Source: Acidimicrobiales bacterium (lineage in GTDB: Bacteria > Actinomycetota > Acidimicrobiia > Acidimicrobiales > Bin134). Taken from it: a stretch of 64,000 nt of DNA. The notes beneath the pieces are model-generated. The model was not told the origin of the DNA. It did not search any database and saw only the letters and a program-made list of their open reading frames with translations. The DNA lies in contig OZ220474.1 in the NCBI GenBank assembly GCA_965115985.1, forward strand, positions 988,909 through 1,052,908. The letters run 5' to 3'. Positions 1-9,731 of this stretch are shown piece by piece (the first letter of the stretch is position 1; every line of letters starts with the position of its first letter). A program made the translations under genes and the position numbers.

Positions 1-473
1 CAGACGTCGTTGTCGGCCGGGGCCACGTTGAAGTCCCCGGCCACCACGATCGGCTCGGCGGCACCGGCACCGGCCTCGAGGTGGGACCGCAGCCGGCCCA
101 TCCAATCCAGCTTGTAGTGGTAGTGGTCATGGCCCAACTCCCGCCCATTGGGGACATAGGCGCTGGCCACCCGCACCCCGGCACAGGTGGCCCACACGAT
201 GCGAGCGTCGGGATCGGCCTCGCGACCGTCGGCGAACCCGTTGGCCGGGTCGTCCAGCCCCACCCGGCTCAAAATGGCCACCCCGTTCCAACGCCCCTGG
301 CCGTGGTGGGCCCATTCGTAGCCCATGGACTCGAAGGCCGGGCCCGGAAAGGCGTCGTCGGCCATCTTGATCTCCTGCATGCACAACACATCGGGGGCGG
401 CCAGTTCCAACCATTCCTGAACTCGGGGCATGCGGGCGTTCAGCGAATTCACGTTCCAGGTAGCCAACCGCAC
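1..473 (-). CDS. xthA: Exodeoxyribonuclease III / AP endonuclease (EEP fold); the 3' end lies beyond the left window edge
   Basis: Minus-strand reading from GTG (rc of 471-473) gives VRLATWNVNSLNARMPRVQEWLELAAPDVLCMQEIKM...IVVAGDFNVAPADNDV, which is the ExoIII signature. The frame stays open to base 1. The ORF track omits it because there is no stop in the window. Confidence 0.85.
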   Translation of the reverse strand, partial: MRLATWNVNSLNARMPRVQEWLELAAPDVLCMQEIKMADDAFPGPAFESMGYEWAHHGQGRWNGVAILSRVGLDDPANGFADGREADPDARIVWATCAGVRVASAYVPNGRELGHDHYHYKLDWMGRLRSHLEAGAGAAEPIVVAGDFNVAPADNDV

Positions 474-514
474 TGCCGGAATCCTAGTGGCTCCGAAGTT
501 CGTAGACTGCGCCC

Positions 515-3500
515 ATGGCCCCCGAAGCCGAACAAGCCGTAGGTCAGAACGCCTGGCTGGTGGACGAGATGCACCGCATGTATCTGGCCGATCCCACATC
601 GGTCAGCGAGAGTTGGCAGGACTTCTTCTCCGACTACCGTCCCGACCGGGTCGTAGCCGAACCAAAAGCCTCCACCACCCATACCGACCGGAGGGTCGCC
701 GAACCAGGAACCTCCCCCGCCCGTCCCGACCGGGTCGTCGCCGAACCAAAAGCCTCCACCGCCGGTCCCGAGCCGGTTCCGGAACCGACCGAGATTCCCG
801 AACCCCCGGAGGGTAAGCCACTGCGGGGCGCCGCCGCCCGGATCGCCTGGAACATGGAGGCCAGCCTGGCCGTTCCCACCGCCACGAGCTTCCGGGAGGT
901 CCCGGCCAAACTGCTCGACGTCAACCGCCGCATCATCAACGGCTACCTGGGGCGTACCGACGGGCGCAAGGTGTCCTACACCCATCTCATCGCCTACGCC
1001 GTGGTGCAGGCCATCGCCCACCACCTGCCGGTCATGAACTCCACCTACCACGACGCCGACCGCGGTCCCCGGGTGATCCAACATCAGCGCATAGGTCTGG
1101 GGATCGCGGTGGACCTGGAGAAGGCCGATGGATCCCGCTCCCTGCTGGTGCCCTGCATCCCCGAGGCCGACACGTTGGACTTCCCCCGATTCGTCGAGCT
1201 GTACGACACCATGGTCCGCAAGGTGAGGAGCAACGACATCGGTCCCGACGATCTCGCCGGGGTCACCGTGAGCATCACCAATCCCGGCACCATCGGGACC
1301 GTGCAATCGGTTCCCCGACTCATGCCCGGCCAGGGGGTAATCGTGGGAGTCGGAACCATAGACTACCCCACCGCGTACCACGCCTCCGACCCCCGAACGC
1401 TGGCCAACCTGGGGGTGTCGAAGGTGATCACCCTGTCCTCCACCTACGACCACCGCATCATCCAGGGGGCCGAATCGGGCATGTTCCTGGCCGCCGTCCA
1501 CCGCCTACTGATGGGCGAGCACGACTTCTACCACGACGTGTTCCGGGCGGTCGGCGTGCCCTACGAGGCGGTGCGCTGGCGCCCCGACGTGATGCCCGCC
1601 GACCGCGAGCAGGCCATGATCGTCAAGCAGGTTCAGGTGAACACGGTTATCAACATGCATCGGGTTCGCGGGCACCTCATCGCCGACCTGGACCCTCTGG
1701 CGGCCAAAGCACCGGAGATGCACGAGGAGCTCGACCCGGCCACCTACGGCCTGACCATTTGGGATCTGGATCGGGAGTTCCTGGCCACCGGCTTCGGGGG
1801 CATGGATCTGGGAAAAGCCGATCGGCGGATGGCGCTCGGCGACGTCCTGCACGTTTTGCGCAACGCCTACTGCCGGACGGTGGGGGTGGAGTACATGCAC
1901 ATCCAGGAGCCCGACGAGAAGCTGTGGATCCAGGAGCACGTGGAAGGGGTCGATGCCTCCGTGGGCCTCGACGAGAAACTGCACATCCTCGACCGCCTGA
2001 ACGCGGCCGAAGCGTTGGAGCGGTTCCTGGACACCAAGTACGTGGGTCAGAAGCGGTTCGGTATAGAGGGAGCCGAAAGCGCCATAGTGGTGCTGGACGC
2101 CCTACTGGGCAAGGCCGCCGACCTGGGAATGGACTCGGCCATCGTCGGTATGGCCCACCGGGGGCGGCTGAACGTCCTGGTGAACATCGTGGGCAAGGAC
2201 TACGGACAGCTCTTCGGCGAATTCGAGGGCAACCAGGACGAGTCGTCCATTCAGGGATCGGGCGACGTCAAGTACCACTTGGGGATGACCGCGTCGTTCG
2301 AGAGCAGGGCGGGCAACCTCATCCCGGTCGAGCTGGCCGCCAATCCTTCGCACCTCGAGGCGGTGAACCCGGTGGTGGAGGGCATGGTCCGGGCCCGCAT
2401 GGACGGCATCAGCCGCCGGGAGCGAGAGCACAGCCCGGTTGCCCGACTGATCGGAACCCGCTCGGCGGTTGGCGACGATCGTTACCCGGTTCTACCCCTC
2501 CTGGTCCACGGCGATGCCGCTTTCGCCGGTCAGGGGGTGGTGAGCGAGACGTTGAACCTGTCGTTGATCCGGGGATACCGCACCGGAGGGACGGTGCATC
2601 TGGTGATCAACAACCAGGTCGGGTTCACCACCACATCGGAGTCGGCCCGATCCAGCCACTACTGCACCGACGTGGCCAAGATGATCCAGGCTCCCATACT
2701 CCACGTGAACGGCGACGACCCCGAGGCCTGCGCCCGGGTGGCCCGCCTGGCGCTGGCCTACCGCAACCACTTCAACAAGGACGTCGTCATCGAGATGTGG
2801 TGCTACCGCCGCCAGGGACACAACGAGGCCGACGACCCCAGCTACACCCAGCCCGAGATGTATCGCCGGATCGATGGCCATCGATCGGTCCGCAAGCGGT
2901 ACGTGGAATCACTGGTCAAGCGGGGGGACATCACCCTGGAGGAAGCCGAACAGGCCATGGACGAGTTCCGGGCCAAGCTGCAACAAGCGCTGAACGAGAC
3001 CCGGGACCGGACCGCCGTCGAAGCGCCGCAGTCGGACGGGACCGGTGCTGCCGAGAACGGGAACGGCGACGATCTCGAGCTGTCCACCTCGGCGGCCATG
3101 GCCGACGTCACTCCCCCGGTTGCCGCGGCGATCGCCACCAACGTGACCGAGGATCGGATCGAGGAGGTGTACGACGCTCTGCGGTCGGTGCCCGACGGGT
3201 TCGTACTGCACCCCAAACTGGCTCGCCAGTTCGAGACCCGCGACACCATGATGGGCGAGGGCATGGTCGATTGGGCCCTGGCCGAGGCCCTGGCCTTCGG
3301 CACGCTCCTGGCCGAGGGGACATCCATCCGCCTCTCCGGTCAGGACTCCCGACGGGGAACGTTTTCCCATCGCCACAGCACGCTGGTGTGCAACGACACC
3401 GGCCGGGAGCACTGCCCGCTGGCCGGGATGGCTCGGGACGGGGCCGAGCTGTGGGTGTACGACTCCTTGCTGTCGGAATACGCCGCCCTGGGCTTCGAGT

Positions 3501-4297
3501 ACGGCTACTCCGTGGTGAGCACCGAGGCGTTGGTGCTCTGGGAGGCCCAATTCGGTGATTTCACCAACGGCGCACAGATCATCATCGATCAGTTCATCGT
3601 GTCGGCCGAGGACAAGTGGACCCAGAACTCCGGGCTGGTGATGCTGTTGCCCCACGGTTTCGAGGGCCAGGGACCGGAGCACTCCTCGGGGCGGATAGAG
3701 CGGTTCTTGCAGTCGGCGGCCGAGAACAACCTCCGAGTGGCCAACCTCTCCACCGCGGCCCAGTACTTCCATTTGCTGCGTGACCAGGCCATTCGCCCCC
3801 AGCACCGGCCGCTGGTGCTGTTCGCTCCCAAGTCGTTGCTACGACATCGGGCCGCGAGGTCTCCGGTGACCGACCTCACCGACGGTGGGTTCGCCCCGCT
3901 TCTGGCCGACCCGGCCGGACCCGATCCCGACCGGACCACCAGTGTGGTTCTCACCTCCGGCAAGCTCGGTCACGAAGCCGTCACCGAGCGGGATCGGCAA
4001 GCGTCGCCCGCCGCGCTGCTGCGAGTGGAGCAGCTCTATCCCTGGCCGACCGAGGCCCTGGCCGAGGCCGTCGACCGCTACCCCGACGCCCGTCGGATCA
4101 TCTGGCTCCAGGAGGAACCCCAGAACATGGGCCCATGGAACTACGCCAAGGGCCACCTCCACGATGCCTTCGGCGACCGGTGCGACGTCATCCGGTTCAG
4201 TCGCCGCGAGTCGGCCAGCCCGGCCACCGGCAGCACCGCGGTACACGCCCAGGAGCAGGCAGCCCTGCTGCACCGCACGTTCGCCTTCCTAACCTGA
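515..4297 (+). CDS. kgd: Multifunctional 2-oxoglutarate decarboxylase/dehydrogenase E1 with N-terminal E2-like acyltransferase segment (Kgd/OdhA type)
   Basis: 1260-aa ORF. The N-terminus (GQNAWLVDEMHRMYLADPTSVSESWQDFF) resembles mycobacterial Kgd. It has an E2-type catalytic motif (STYDHRIIQGAESG), then an E1o ThDP region (HGDAAFAGQGVV, LLPHGFEGQGPEHSS). Confidence 0.95.
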   Translation: MAPEAEQAVGQNAWLVDEMHRMYLADPTSVSESWQDFFSDYRPDRVVAEPKASTTHTDRRVAEPGTSPARPDRVVAEPKASTAGPEPVPEPTEIPEPPEGKPLRGAAARIAWNMEASLAVPTATSFREVPAKLLDVNRRIINGYLGRTDGRKVSYTHLIAYAVVQAIAHHLPVMNSTYHDADRGPRVIQHQRIGLGIAVDLEKADGSRSLLVPCIPEADTLDFPRFVELYDTMVRKVRSNDIGPDDLAGVTVSITNPGTIGTVQSVPRLMPGQGVIVGVGTIDYPTAYHASDPRTLANLGVSKVITLSSTYDHRIIQGAESGMFLAAVHRLLMGEHDFYHDVFRAVGVPYEAVRWRPDVMPADREQAMIVKQVQVNTVINMHRVRGHLIADLDPLAAKAPEMHEELDPATYGLTIWDLDREFLATGFGGMDLGKADRRMALGDVLHVLRNAYCRTVGVEYMHIQEPDEKLWIQEHVEGVDASVGLDEKLHILDRLNAAEALERFLDTKYVGQKRFGIEGAESAIVVLDALLGKAADLGMDSAIVGMAHRGRLNVLVNIVGKDYGQLFGEFEGNQDESSIQGSGDVKYHLGMTASFESRAGNLIPVELAANPSHLEAVNPVVEGMVRARMDGISRREREHSPVARLIGTRSAVGDDRYPVLPLLVHGDAAFAGQGVVSETLNLSLIRGYRTGGTVHLVINNQVGFTTTSESARSSHYCTDVAKMIQAPILHVNGDDPEACARVARLALAYRNHFNKDVVIEMWCYRRQGHNEADDPSYTQPEMYRRIDGHRSVRKRYVESLVKRGDITLEEAEQAMDEFRAKLQQALNETRDRTAVEAPQSDGTGAAENGNGDDLELSTSAAMADVTPPVAAAIATNVTEDRIEEVYDALRSVPDGFVLHPKLARQFETRDTMMGEGMVDWALAEALAFGTLLAEGTSIRLSGQDSRRGTFSHRHSTLVCNDTGREHCPLAGMARDGAELWVYDSLLSEYAALGFEYGYSVVSTEALVLWEAQFGDFTNGAQIIIDQFIVSAEDKWTQNSGLVMLLPHGFEGQGPEHSSGRIERFLQSAAENNLRVANLSTAAQYFHLLRDQAIRPQHRPLVLFAPKSLLRHRAARSPVTDLTDGGFAPLLADPAGPDPDRTTSVVLTSGKLGHEAVTERDRQASPAALLRVEQLYPWPTEALAEAVDRYPDARRIIWLQEEPQNMGPWNYAKGHLHDAFGDRCDVIRFSRRESASPATGSTAVHAQEQAALLHRTFAFLT
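638..760 (+). repeat. In-frame 84-bp-period duplication in the Kgd N-terminal linker
   Basis: cgtcccgaccgggtcgt(a/c)gccgaaccaaaagcctccacc occurs at 638-676 and 722-760, with a partial copy at about 684-706. It encodes RPDRVVAEPKAST twice. Confidence 0.8.
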
Positions 4298-4340
4298 TTC
4301 CAGCCCCAAAATCTCAACCGATAACGAGGCTGAGCCGGAT

Positions 4341-4366
4341 CGGGGTCGAGCCCGAGCCCGACCCCG
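4341..4366. terminator. Candidate bidirectional hairpin between convergent kgd and the amidohydrolase gene
   Basis: cggggtcg (4341-4348) pairs with cgaccccg (4359-4366) around a 10-nt loop. No clear U-tract follows. Confidence 0.3.
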
Positions 4367-4371
4367 GAGTC

Positions 4372-5574
4372 TCAGCCGATATCGAGATTGAGCAGGCGGG
4401 CGGCGTTGCCCCTGACCAGTTTGTGGACCACATCGGGGGGTAGATGACCCATCATGTCCTCGGCCGCCTGCTTGGAGTGGGGCCAGGTGCTGTCGGTGTG
4501 GGGGTAGTCGGTCTCGAAGGTGACGTTGTCCACCCCAACCTCGTCGAGCGACTTCAACCCGTGGTTGTCCCGGAAGAAGCAACCGAAGATCTGGCGGTAG
4601 TAGTAGGTCGAGGGCGGCTCGGGGACGATGTCGCGCACCCCGCCCCAGGCCCGATGCTCCGACCACACATCGTCGCAGCGCTCCAGGATGTAGGGGATCC
4701 AGCCGATCTGGCCCTCGGAATAGGCCAGTTTCAGCTCGGGGAACCGGACCAGCACGCCCGAGAACAAGAAATCGCTCATCGACGCGATGGCGTTGTTGAA
4801 GCTGAGCGATGCCGGCACCGCCGGCGGGGCGTCGGGAGAGGCCGCGGGCATTACCGACGAGGAGCCAATGTGCATGCACACCGCGGTGGCGGTGTCCTGG
4901 CAGACCGAGAAGAACGGGTCCCAGTAGCCGGTGTGGATGCTGGGCAGACCCAGATTGGGAGCGATCTCGCTGAAGCACACCGCATGACAACCCCGGGCCG
5001 CGTTGCGCTCCACCTCGGCTCGGGCCAACTCCACATCCCAAAGGGGGATGATGGTCAAGGGGATGAGGGCCCCACCGGAGTCCCCGCACCACTCCTCGAC
5101 CATGAAGTCGTTGTAGGCCTGCACGCAGGCCAGAGCCAGTTCCTTGTCCTCGGCCTCCAGGAAGGTCTGGCCGCAGAATCGAGGGAAGGTCGGGAACGAC
5201 AGCGAGGCCTCGACATGATTCATCCTCATGTCCTCGATCCGGGCCCCGGGCTCGTAGCACCCCGGGCGCATCTCGTCGTAGGTGATGGGGACGGCCTCCA
5301 TGTCGTCCCGGTCGAAACCCACCGCGGCCACATGCCGCTTGTTGGGGTAGACGAGGTCCTCGTAGAACCAGACGTCGCCCCACGGCGCCCCTTCCACATC
5401 CAACTCGTAGGTGTACATCTTGGCTCCGCCCACGTAGGTGATCGGCCCGACTCGGCGGCGCTCGACACGTGGCCCCCGCTCCTTGAACCGCTCGGGCAGC
5501 CAGCTCTCCCATAGGTGGGCGGGCTCCACCAGATGGTCGTCAACGCTGATGATCCTGGGAATCTCGGTAGGCAC
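4372..5574 (-). CDS. Metal-dependent amidohydrolase (amidohydrolase_2 / ACMSD-like family)
   Basis: Motifs are IISVDDHLVEP near the N-terminus, HIGSSS, and FETDYPHTDSTWPH near the C-terminus. The track ORF extends to 5859 through a duplicated junction. I place the start at GTG 5574 (VPTEIPRIISVDDH); this start is uncertain. Confidence 0.75.
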   Translation of the reverse strand: MPTEIPRIISVDDHLVEPAHLWESWLPERFKERGPRVERRRVGPITYVGGAKMYTYELDVEGAPWGDVWFYEDLVYPNKRHVAAVGFDRDDMEAVPITYDEMRPGCYEPGARIEDMRMNHVEASLSFPTFPRFCGQTFLEAEDKELALACVQAYNDFMVEEWCGDSGGALIPLTIIPLWDVELARAEVERNAARGCHAVCFSEIAPNLGLPSIHTGYWDPFFSVCQDTATAVCMHIGSSSVMPAASPDAPPAVPASLSFNNAIASMSDFLFSGVLVRFPELKLAYSEGQIGWIPYILERCDDVWSEHRAWGGVRDIVPEPPSTYYYRQIFGCFFRDNHGLKSLDEVGVDNVTFETDYPHTDSTWPHSKQAAEDMMGHLPPDVVHKLVRGNAARLLNLDIG

Positions 5575-5601
5575 GGAACAGATCCTACCGGCCTCGAGCG
5601 A

Positions 5602-5711
5602 CCCATTCCGATCAGTCCGCGGCGGCCAGAGCGGCCACTCGGTGGTGGGTGCCGGGGCGGCGGCGGTGCTGGTGCCCATTCCGATCAGTCCGCGGCGGCC
5701 AGAGCGGCCAC
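5602..5711. repeat. Junction duplication (37 nt, period 73) carrying the 3' end of the HD-domain gene
   Basis: cccattccgatcagtccgcggcggccagagcggccac occurs at 5602-5638 and 5675-5711. Copy 2 contains the real stop (rc of 5685-5687). Confidence 0.85.
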
Positions 5712-6170
5712 CACCTCGGGGTCGAGCGAGCATCGAGCAGGAGAACGGTGATGCTCCGCGGCCCAGACCACGGTCGTCTCGGAACTGCCCGCCGCCCGCA
5801 ACATCCGCGCTCCTCGGCGGGGGTGATCTCGATACAGGGCCCACCGACCCGTGAGGCAACCGGGAAACAACGCGCCCACCAGGGTGGCCCCCACCCGAGC
5901 GGCAGTGCCCAACCCGGCCTCGGTCTTGCCCACGTCGTGGAGGGCGGCCGCCACCCGCTGGGCGTCATCGACCAGCGCGGGACAGGTGGCCGAACCCACC
6001 GCGTGGCTACGATCGGCCGCACTCATTCGCCGATAGAGCTCAACCTCCGCGTCGTTGAGCAATCCGAGGAGCCAGGCCTCCACCTCGGGATCGGGGCCGC
6101 GATTCATCACCGACTCGAAGAAGCGCCGCACCAGATGAACCCGGACCCTCATGGATCCAATTGTTCCCAT
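5685..6170 (-). CDS. HD-domain metal-dependent phosphohydrolase
   Basis: 161-aa ORF with H...HD spacing (DRSHAVGS ... AAALHDVGKTEAG). An alternative ATG lies at 6152. Confidence 0.65.
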   Translation of the reverse strand: MGTIGSMRVRVHLVRRFFESVMNRGPDPEVEAWLLGLLNDAEVELYRRMSAADRSHAVGSATCPALVDDAQRVAAALHDVGKTEAGLGTAARVGATLVGALFPGCLTGRWALYRDHPRRGARMLRAAGSSETTVVWAAEHHRSPARCSLDPEVVAALAAAD

Positions 6171-6241
6171 TCAACCTTGAAGAAGCGCCGCACCAGACGA
6201 ACCCGACTACCCATGGATCCACTTGCTCCTATTCACCGGTT
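6117..6241. repeat. Tandem 62-bp junction duplication (xerD stop / HD-gene start)
   Basis: gaagaagcgccgcaccaga(t/c)gaacccg... occurs at 6117-6178 and 6179-6241. The upstream copy holds the xerD stop (6229). The downstream copy holds the HD-gene start. Confidence 0.85.
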
Positions 6242-7320
6242 CCCGTTGACCGGCCGAGCGTCGCTCGGGGGTGAGCCGATTCATAGGTCTCCCACAATCG
6301 CTCGATGGCCACCATGGTGTAGACCTGGGTGGTGCTGATGGAGGCATGGCCCAGGAGCTCCTGCACCGCCCGGATGTCGGCCCCCCGATCCAGCATGTGA
6401 GTGGCGCACGAGTGGCGGAACACATGGGGGGAGACCCTTGCTCCCAGCCCCACCTGCCGGGCCCGTTTCTTCACCACTCCCCAGGCCCCCTGACGGGACA
6501 GGCGGCGGCCCCGCTGATTGAGCCAGACCGCCTCCCGGTCGTTCGCCGATGCCCAGCGGTCGGGCTCCATCTCCCCCCGACCACCAGGACCCAGCCAGGC
6601 GGTCATGGACTCGTGGGCCCATCGGCCCATCGGCAGGATGCGCTCCTTCCGGCCCTTGCCCAGCACGCGCACCGTCGAGCCCCCCATATCCAGATCGGCC
6701 AGCGACAAACCGACCAGCTCGCCGATGCGCATCCCCGTGCCGTAGAGAACTTCCAACATGGCTCGATCCCGTCGAGACACCGGATCCGAACCGGTAACGG
6801 CACCCATGATCTCATCCACCTCGGCCTCGCTCAGCGCCTTGGGCACTCCGGCCGGAACCCGGGGGAGCTCCATATGAGCACCGGGGTCATCGGCTCTAAC
6901 CCCCTCGACCATCAGGAACCGATAGAAGGTTCTGACAGTGGTCAACGCCCGCTTCACCGATGCCGGGGCCATCCCCCGACTCTGTTCGTGATGCACGAAC
7001 GCCAGGATGTCGTCCTCCACCGCCCCCTCGACACTGCGGCCTCGCTCCGCCAGGGTCGCGCAGTAGCGGTTCAGATCCCGGCGATAGGCCTCACAGGTTG
7101 AGGGCGACCGGCCTCGCTCCAGCACCAACCAATCCAAGAACTCCTCCACCCGATCGGGCCCGCTCGCCGACCTCGCCACGCCCGAATCAGGCCCGCTCGC
7201 CGACCTCGCCGCCACCGGCACGCCCGAACCCAGACCGCTCCCCGCCGCCGGCACGCCCGAATCGGGCCCGCTCGTCGCCGCCGCCACGCCCGAACCCGGA
7301 CCGCTCGCCGACCTCTGCAC
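6229..7320 (-). CDS. xerD: Tyrosine recombinase XerD (chromosome dimer resolution)
   Basis: EEFLDWLVLERGRSPSTCEAYRRDL core-binding domain. Catalytic region is HVFRHSCATHMLDRGADIRAVQELLGHASISTTQVYT. The first ~47 codons are junction-repeat copies, so the true start may be as far downstream as GTG 7179. Confidence 0.9.
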   Translation of the reverse strand: MQRSASGPGSGVAAATSGPDSGVPAAGSGLGSGVPVAARSASGPDSGVARSASGPDRVEEFLDWLVLERGRSPSTCEAYRRDLNRYCATLAERGRSVEGAVEDDILAFVHHEQSRGMAPASVKRALTTVRTFYRFLMVEGVRADDPGAHMELPRVPAGVPKALSEAEVDEIMGAVTGSDPVSRRDRAMLEVLYGTGMRIGELVGLSLADLDMGGSTVRVLGKGRKERILPMGRWAHESMTAWLGPGGRGEMEPDRWASANDREAVWLNQRGRRLSRQGAWGVVKKRARQVGLGARVSPHVFRHSCATHMLDRGADIRAVQELLGHASISTTQVYTMVAIERLWETYESAHPRATLGRSTGTGE

Positions 7321-7335
7321 GCCCGAATCACCCCA
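7140..7335. repeat. About four degenerate copies of the nudix-stop / xerD-start junction
   Basis: The unit acgcccgaa(t/c)c(a/g)g(g/a)cccgctcgccgacctcgcc is reiterated. It translates as (V)ARSASGPDSG-like units upstream of RVEEFLDW. Confidence 0.8.
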
Positions 7336-7897
7336 ATCGCTCTCGAGCCAGCATCAACCCGATGATGGACTTGGCATCCATCAACCGGCCGGCAGCCACC
7401 AACCCGGGCACATCGTCCAGATCCACGGACTCGATGGCCATGTGCTGCTCCTCGATGCTGTGGGGACTCCGACCGGCATCCACCAAGTCGGTGGCCAGGT
7501 AGCAGTGGGTTACCTCGTCGCAGAAACCCGGGGAATTGTAGAAGACGGCCAGCAGATCCAGATTGGCGGCTCGCTTGCCGATCTCCTCCTCCAACTCCCG
7601 CTGGGCCGCCACCGCAGGAGGCTCATCGACCGCGTCCAGCTTTCCCGCGGGGATTTCCAACATCTCCCGATTCGCCGCGGCTCGATACTGACGGATCATG
7701 ATGACACTCCGACCGTCGAGGGGAACCACCACTGCGGCACCGGGATGGCGAATTATCTCCCTCTCGTACATCGAACCGTCGGGGGCCCTGATCTCGGCCA
7801 CCGCCAGCGACACCGTCCGTCCCTGCCACCTCCGGTGCTCCCCCACCAGGGTGAACCCGGCCCCGCTGTTCCCGATCGACACCCCGCGGCCCCTCAA
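7328..7897 (-). CDS. NUDIX hydrolase (ADP-ribose pyrophosphatase-like)
   Basis: Nudix box [23 protein letters not shown]. It sits between pyrG and xerD as in mycobacteria. The start is uncertain (TTG 7897 or the GTG a few codons in). Confidence 0.85.
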   Translation of the reverse strand: MRGRGVSIGNSGAGFTLVGEHRRWQGRTVSLAVAEIRAPDGSMYEREIIRHPGAAVVVPLDGRSVIMIRQYRAAANREMLEIPAGKLDAVDEPPAVAAQRELEEEIGKRAANLDLLAVFYNSPGFCDEVTHCYLATDLVDAGRSPHSIEEQHMAIESVDLDDVPGLVAAGRLMDAKSIIGLMLARERLG

Positions 7898-9648
7898 CCA
7901 TGCATGGTGGGCAATACATCGGTCCGACCATCCAGGCCCCCGGAACCGACACCCCCACCAGCACCAGAACCGGCCCCGTCCTCGACACCCCCACCCCCAC
8001 TGGAACCATCCAGGCTCCCGGAATCATCCACCGGATCAGCGGCCAAGTCGCGGCCGCTTCGGGCCAACGCAGCCTCCACCAAGCCGCAGAACAGGGGTGC
8101 GGGCCGGTCGGGCCGGCTCTTGAACTCGGGATGGGCCTGGGTGCCCACCCACCAGGGGTGACCATCCAATTCGATGAACTCCACCAGAATCCCATCGGGC
8201 GACTCCCCCGAGATCACGAAATCGGTGCCCTCGAAACGGCTGCGCAGCTTGGGGTTGAACTCGTAGCGATGGCGATGACGCTCGGACACCACCTCGGTGC
8301 CGTAGATCTCGGCCACCCTGGTACCGGGCCGCAGCTTGGCCAAGCACGCCCCCAGTCGCATGGTGCCGCCCTTGTCGGTGATGCCGCGCTGCGATTCCAT
8401 CAAGTCGATGACCGGCCACGGAGTGCGAGGATCGAATTCGCTCGAGTGGGCGTTGTCCAGACCCAGAACGTTCCGGGCGTACTCGATGGTCATCACCTGA
8501 AGGCCCAGACAGAGGCCCAGACAGGGAATACCGTTCTCGCGGGCGTAGGAAGCGGCGTTGATCTTCCCCTCCACCCCCCGTTCGCCGAATCCGCCGGGGA
8601 TCACGATGCCGTCCAACCCGCTCAGCAGGCTGTCGATCATCAAACCCTCCACGCTCTCGGCCTGAATCCACTCGATCTCCACCGACGCGCTCTGATGGAT
8701 GCCGGCGTGGTTCAAAGCCTCCACCACCGACAGGTAGGCATCCTGAAGGGTGACGTACTTGCCGATGAGCCCGATGCGCACGGTGCGCCGGGCCCGGGCA
8801 ATCCGCCGGGTCAACCGTTGCCAGTCGGTCAGATCGGGTTCGGGAACGTCCAGACACAGGATGTCGCACACCTCGCGATCCAGCCCCTCCTCGTGAAGCA
8901 CCAGAGGGATCTCGTAAATGCTGTCGGCATCGGCCGCGTTGACCACCGATGCCGCATCCACGTCGCACAGGCCGGATATCTTGCGCTTCAGTTCGTCGGA
9001 AATGGGCTTCTCGCTACGACACACGATGGCATCGGGCTGAACCCCCCGGCTGCGAAGCTCGGTCACCGAGTGCTGGGTGGGTTTGGTCTTCTGCTCCCCC
9101 GCCGGGCCTATGAAGGGAACCAGCGTGACGTGGATGTAGCAGACGTTGCTCCGTCCCACATCCAGGCGCACCTGGCGGATGGCCTCCAGAAAGGGCAGGA
9201 TCTCAATGTCCCCGACGGTGCCACCGATCTCGGTGATGACGATGTCGGCGTCGTCGGACACCAGCCCCATGATGCGGTTCTTGATCTCATTGGTGACGTG
9301 GGGTATCACCTGTACGGTCTTGCCCAGGTACTCCCCGTATCGCTCGGCGGCGATGACCGAGGAGTAGATGGAGCCGGTGGTGGAATTGGAGAGCTTGGTG
9401 AGGCTCTCGTCCACGAACCGCTCGTAGTGGCCGAGATCCAGGTCCGTCTCCCCGCCGTCGTCGGTGACGAACACCTCCCCGTGCTCGAACGGGTTCATGG
9501 TTCCGGGATCCACGTTGATGTACGGATCCAGCTTCTGCATGGTAACCCTCAGACCACGCTGCTTGAGCAAACGCCCCAGTGACGCGGCCGTGAGCCCCTT
9601 GCCCAAAGAACTGGCCACACCGCCGGTGACGAAGATGTGTTTGGTCAC
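7894..9648 (-). CDS. pyrG: CTP synthase
   Basis: GTG at 9648 gives (M)[17 protein letters not shown]. The glutaminase domain has [12 protein letters not shown]. There is a G/S-rich C-terminal extension of about 45 aa. The track ORF (to 9915) over-extends the 5' end. Confidence 0.95.
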   Translation of the reverse strand: MTKHIFVTGGVASSLGKGLTAASLGRLLKQRGLRVTMQKLDPYINVDPGTMNPFEHGEVFVTDDGGETDLDLGHYERFVDESLTKLSNSTTGSIYSSVIAAERYGEYLGKTVQVIPHVTNEIKNRIMGLVSDDADIVITEIGGTVGDIEILPFLEAIRQVRLDVGRSNVCYIHVTLVPFIGPAGEQKTKPTQHSVTELRSRGVQPDAIVCRSEKPISDELKRKISGLCDVDAASVVNAADADSIYEIPLVLHEEGLDREVCDILCLDVPEPDLTDWQRLTRRIARARRTVRIGLIGKYVTLQDAYLSVVEALNHAGIHQSASVEIEWIQAESVEGLMIDSLLSGLDGIVIPGGFGERGVEGKINAASYARENGIPCLGLCLGLQVMTIEYARNVLGLDNAHSSEFDPRTPWPVIDLMESQRGITDKGGTMRLGACLAKLRPGTRVAEIYGTEVVSERHRHRYEFNPKLRSRFEGTDFVISGESPDGILVEFIELDGHPWWVGTQAHPEFKSRPDRPAPLFCGLVEAALARSGRDLAADPVDDSGSLDGSSGGGGVEDGAGSGAGGGVGSGGLDGRTDVLPTMHG

Positions 9649-9731
9649 GCCCGCAAATCCTAGCCCCCACCGACGACAACCGGCAGCACCATCGGCGCGG
9701 CCGCGACCGGTTGTGCGGACGACCCGGACCG

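Noticed and set aside
1759-3558. 599-aa plus-strand ORF overlapping kgd in another frame. There are similar long shadow ORFs, e.g. 449-1501(-), 2909-3805(-), 7900-9582(+), 9882-11600(+), 12661-14418(+), 15243-17060(+), 19031-21214(+), 39331-40638(+), 57456-58829(+), 58775-59746(+) and 59739-61097(+).
   Set aside because: Their composition is dominated by Arg, Gly, Pro and His, with no recognisable motifs. Each lies alternate-frame or antisense to a gene with clear family signatures. This is the typical open-frame artefact of high-GC DNA.
6229-7320. The tyrosine recombinase as an island or prophage integrase.
   Set aside because: The sequence and its position (after pyrG-nudix, as in mycobacteria) fit chromosomal XerD. 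It is 10 kb from the nearest accessory island, and there is no adjacent tRNA or att-like repeat.
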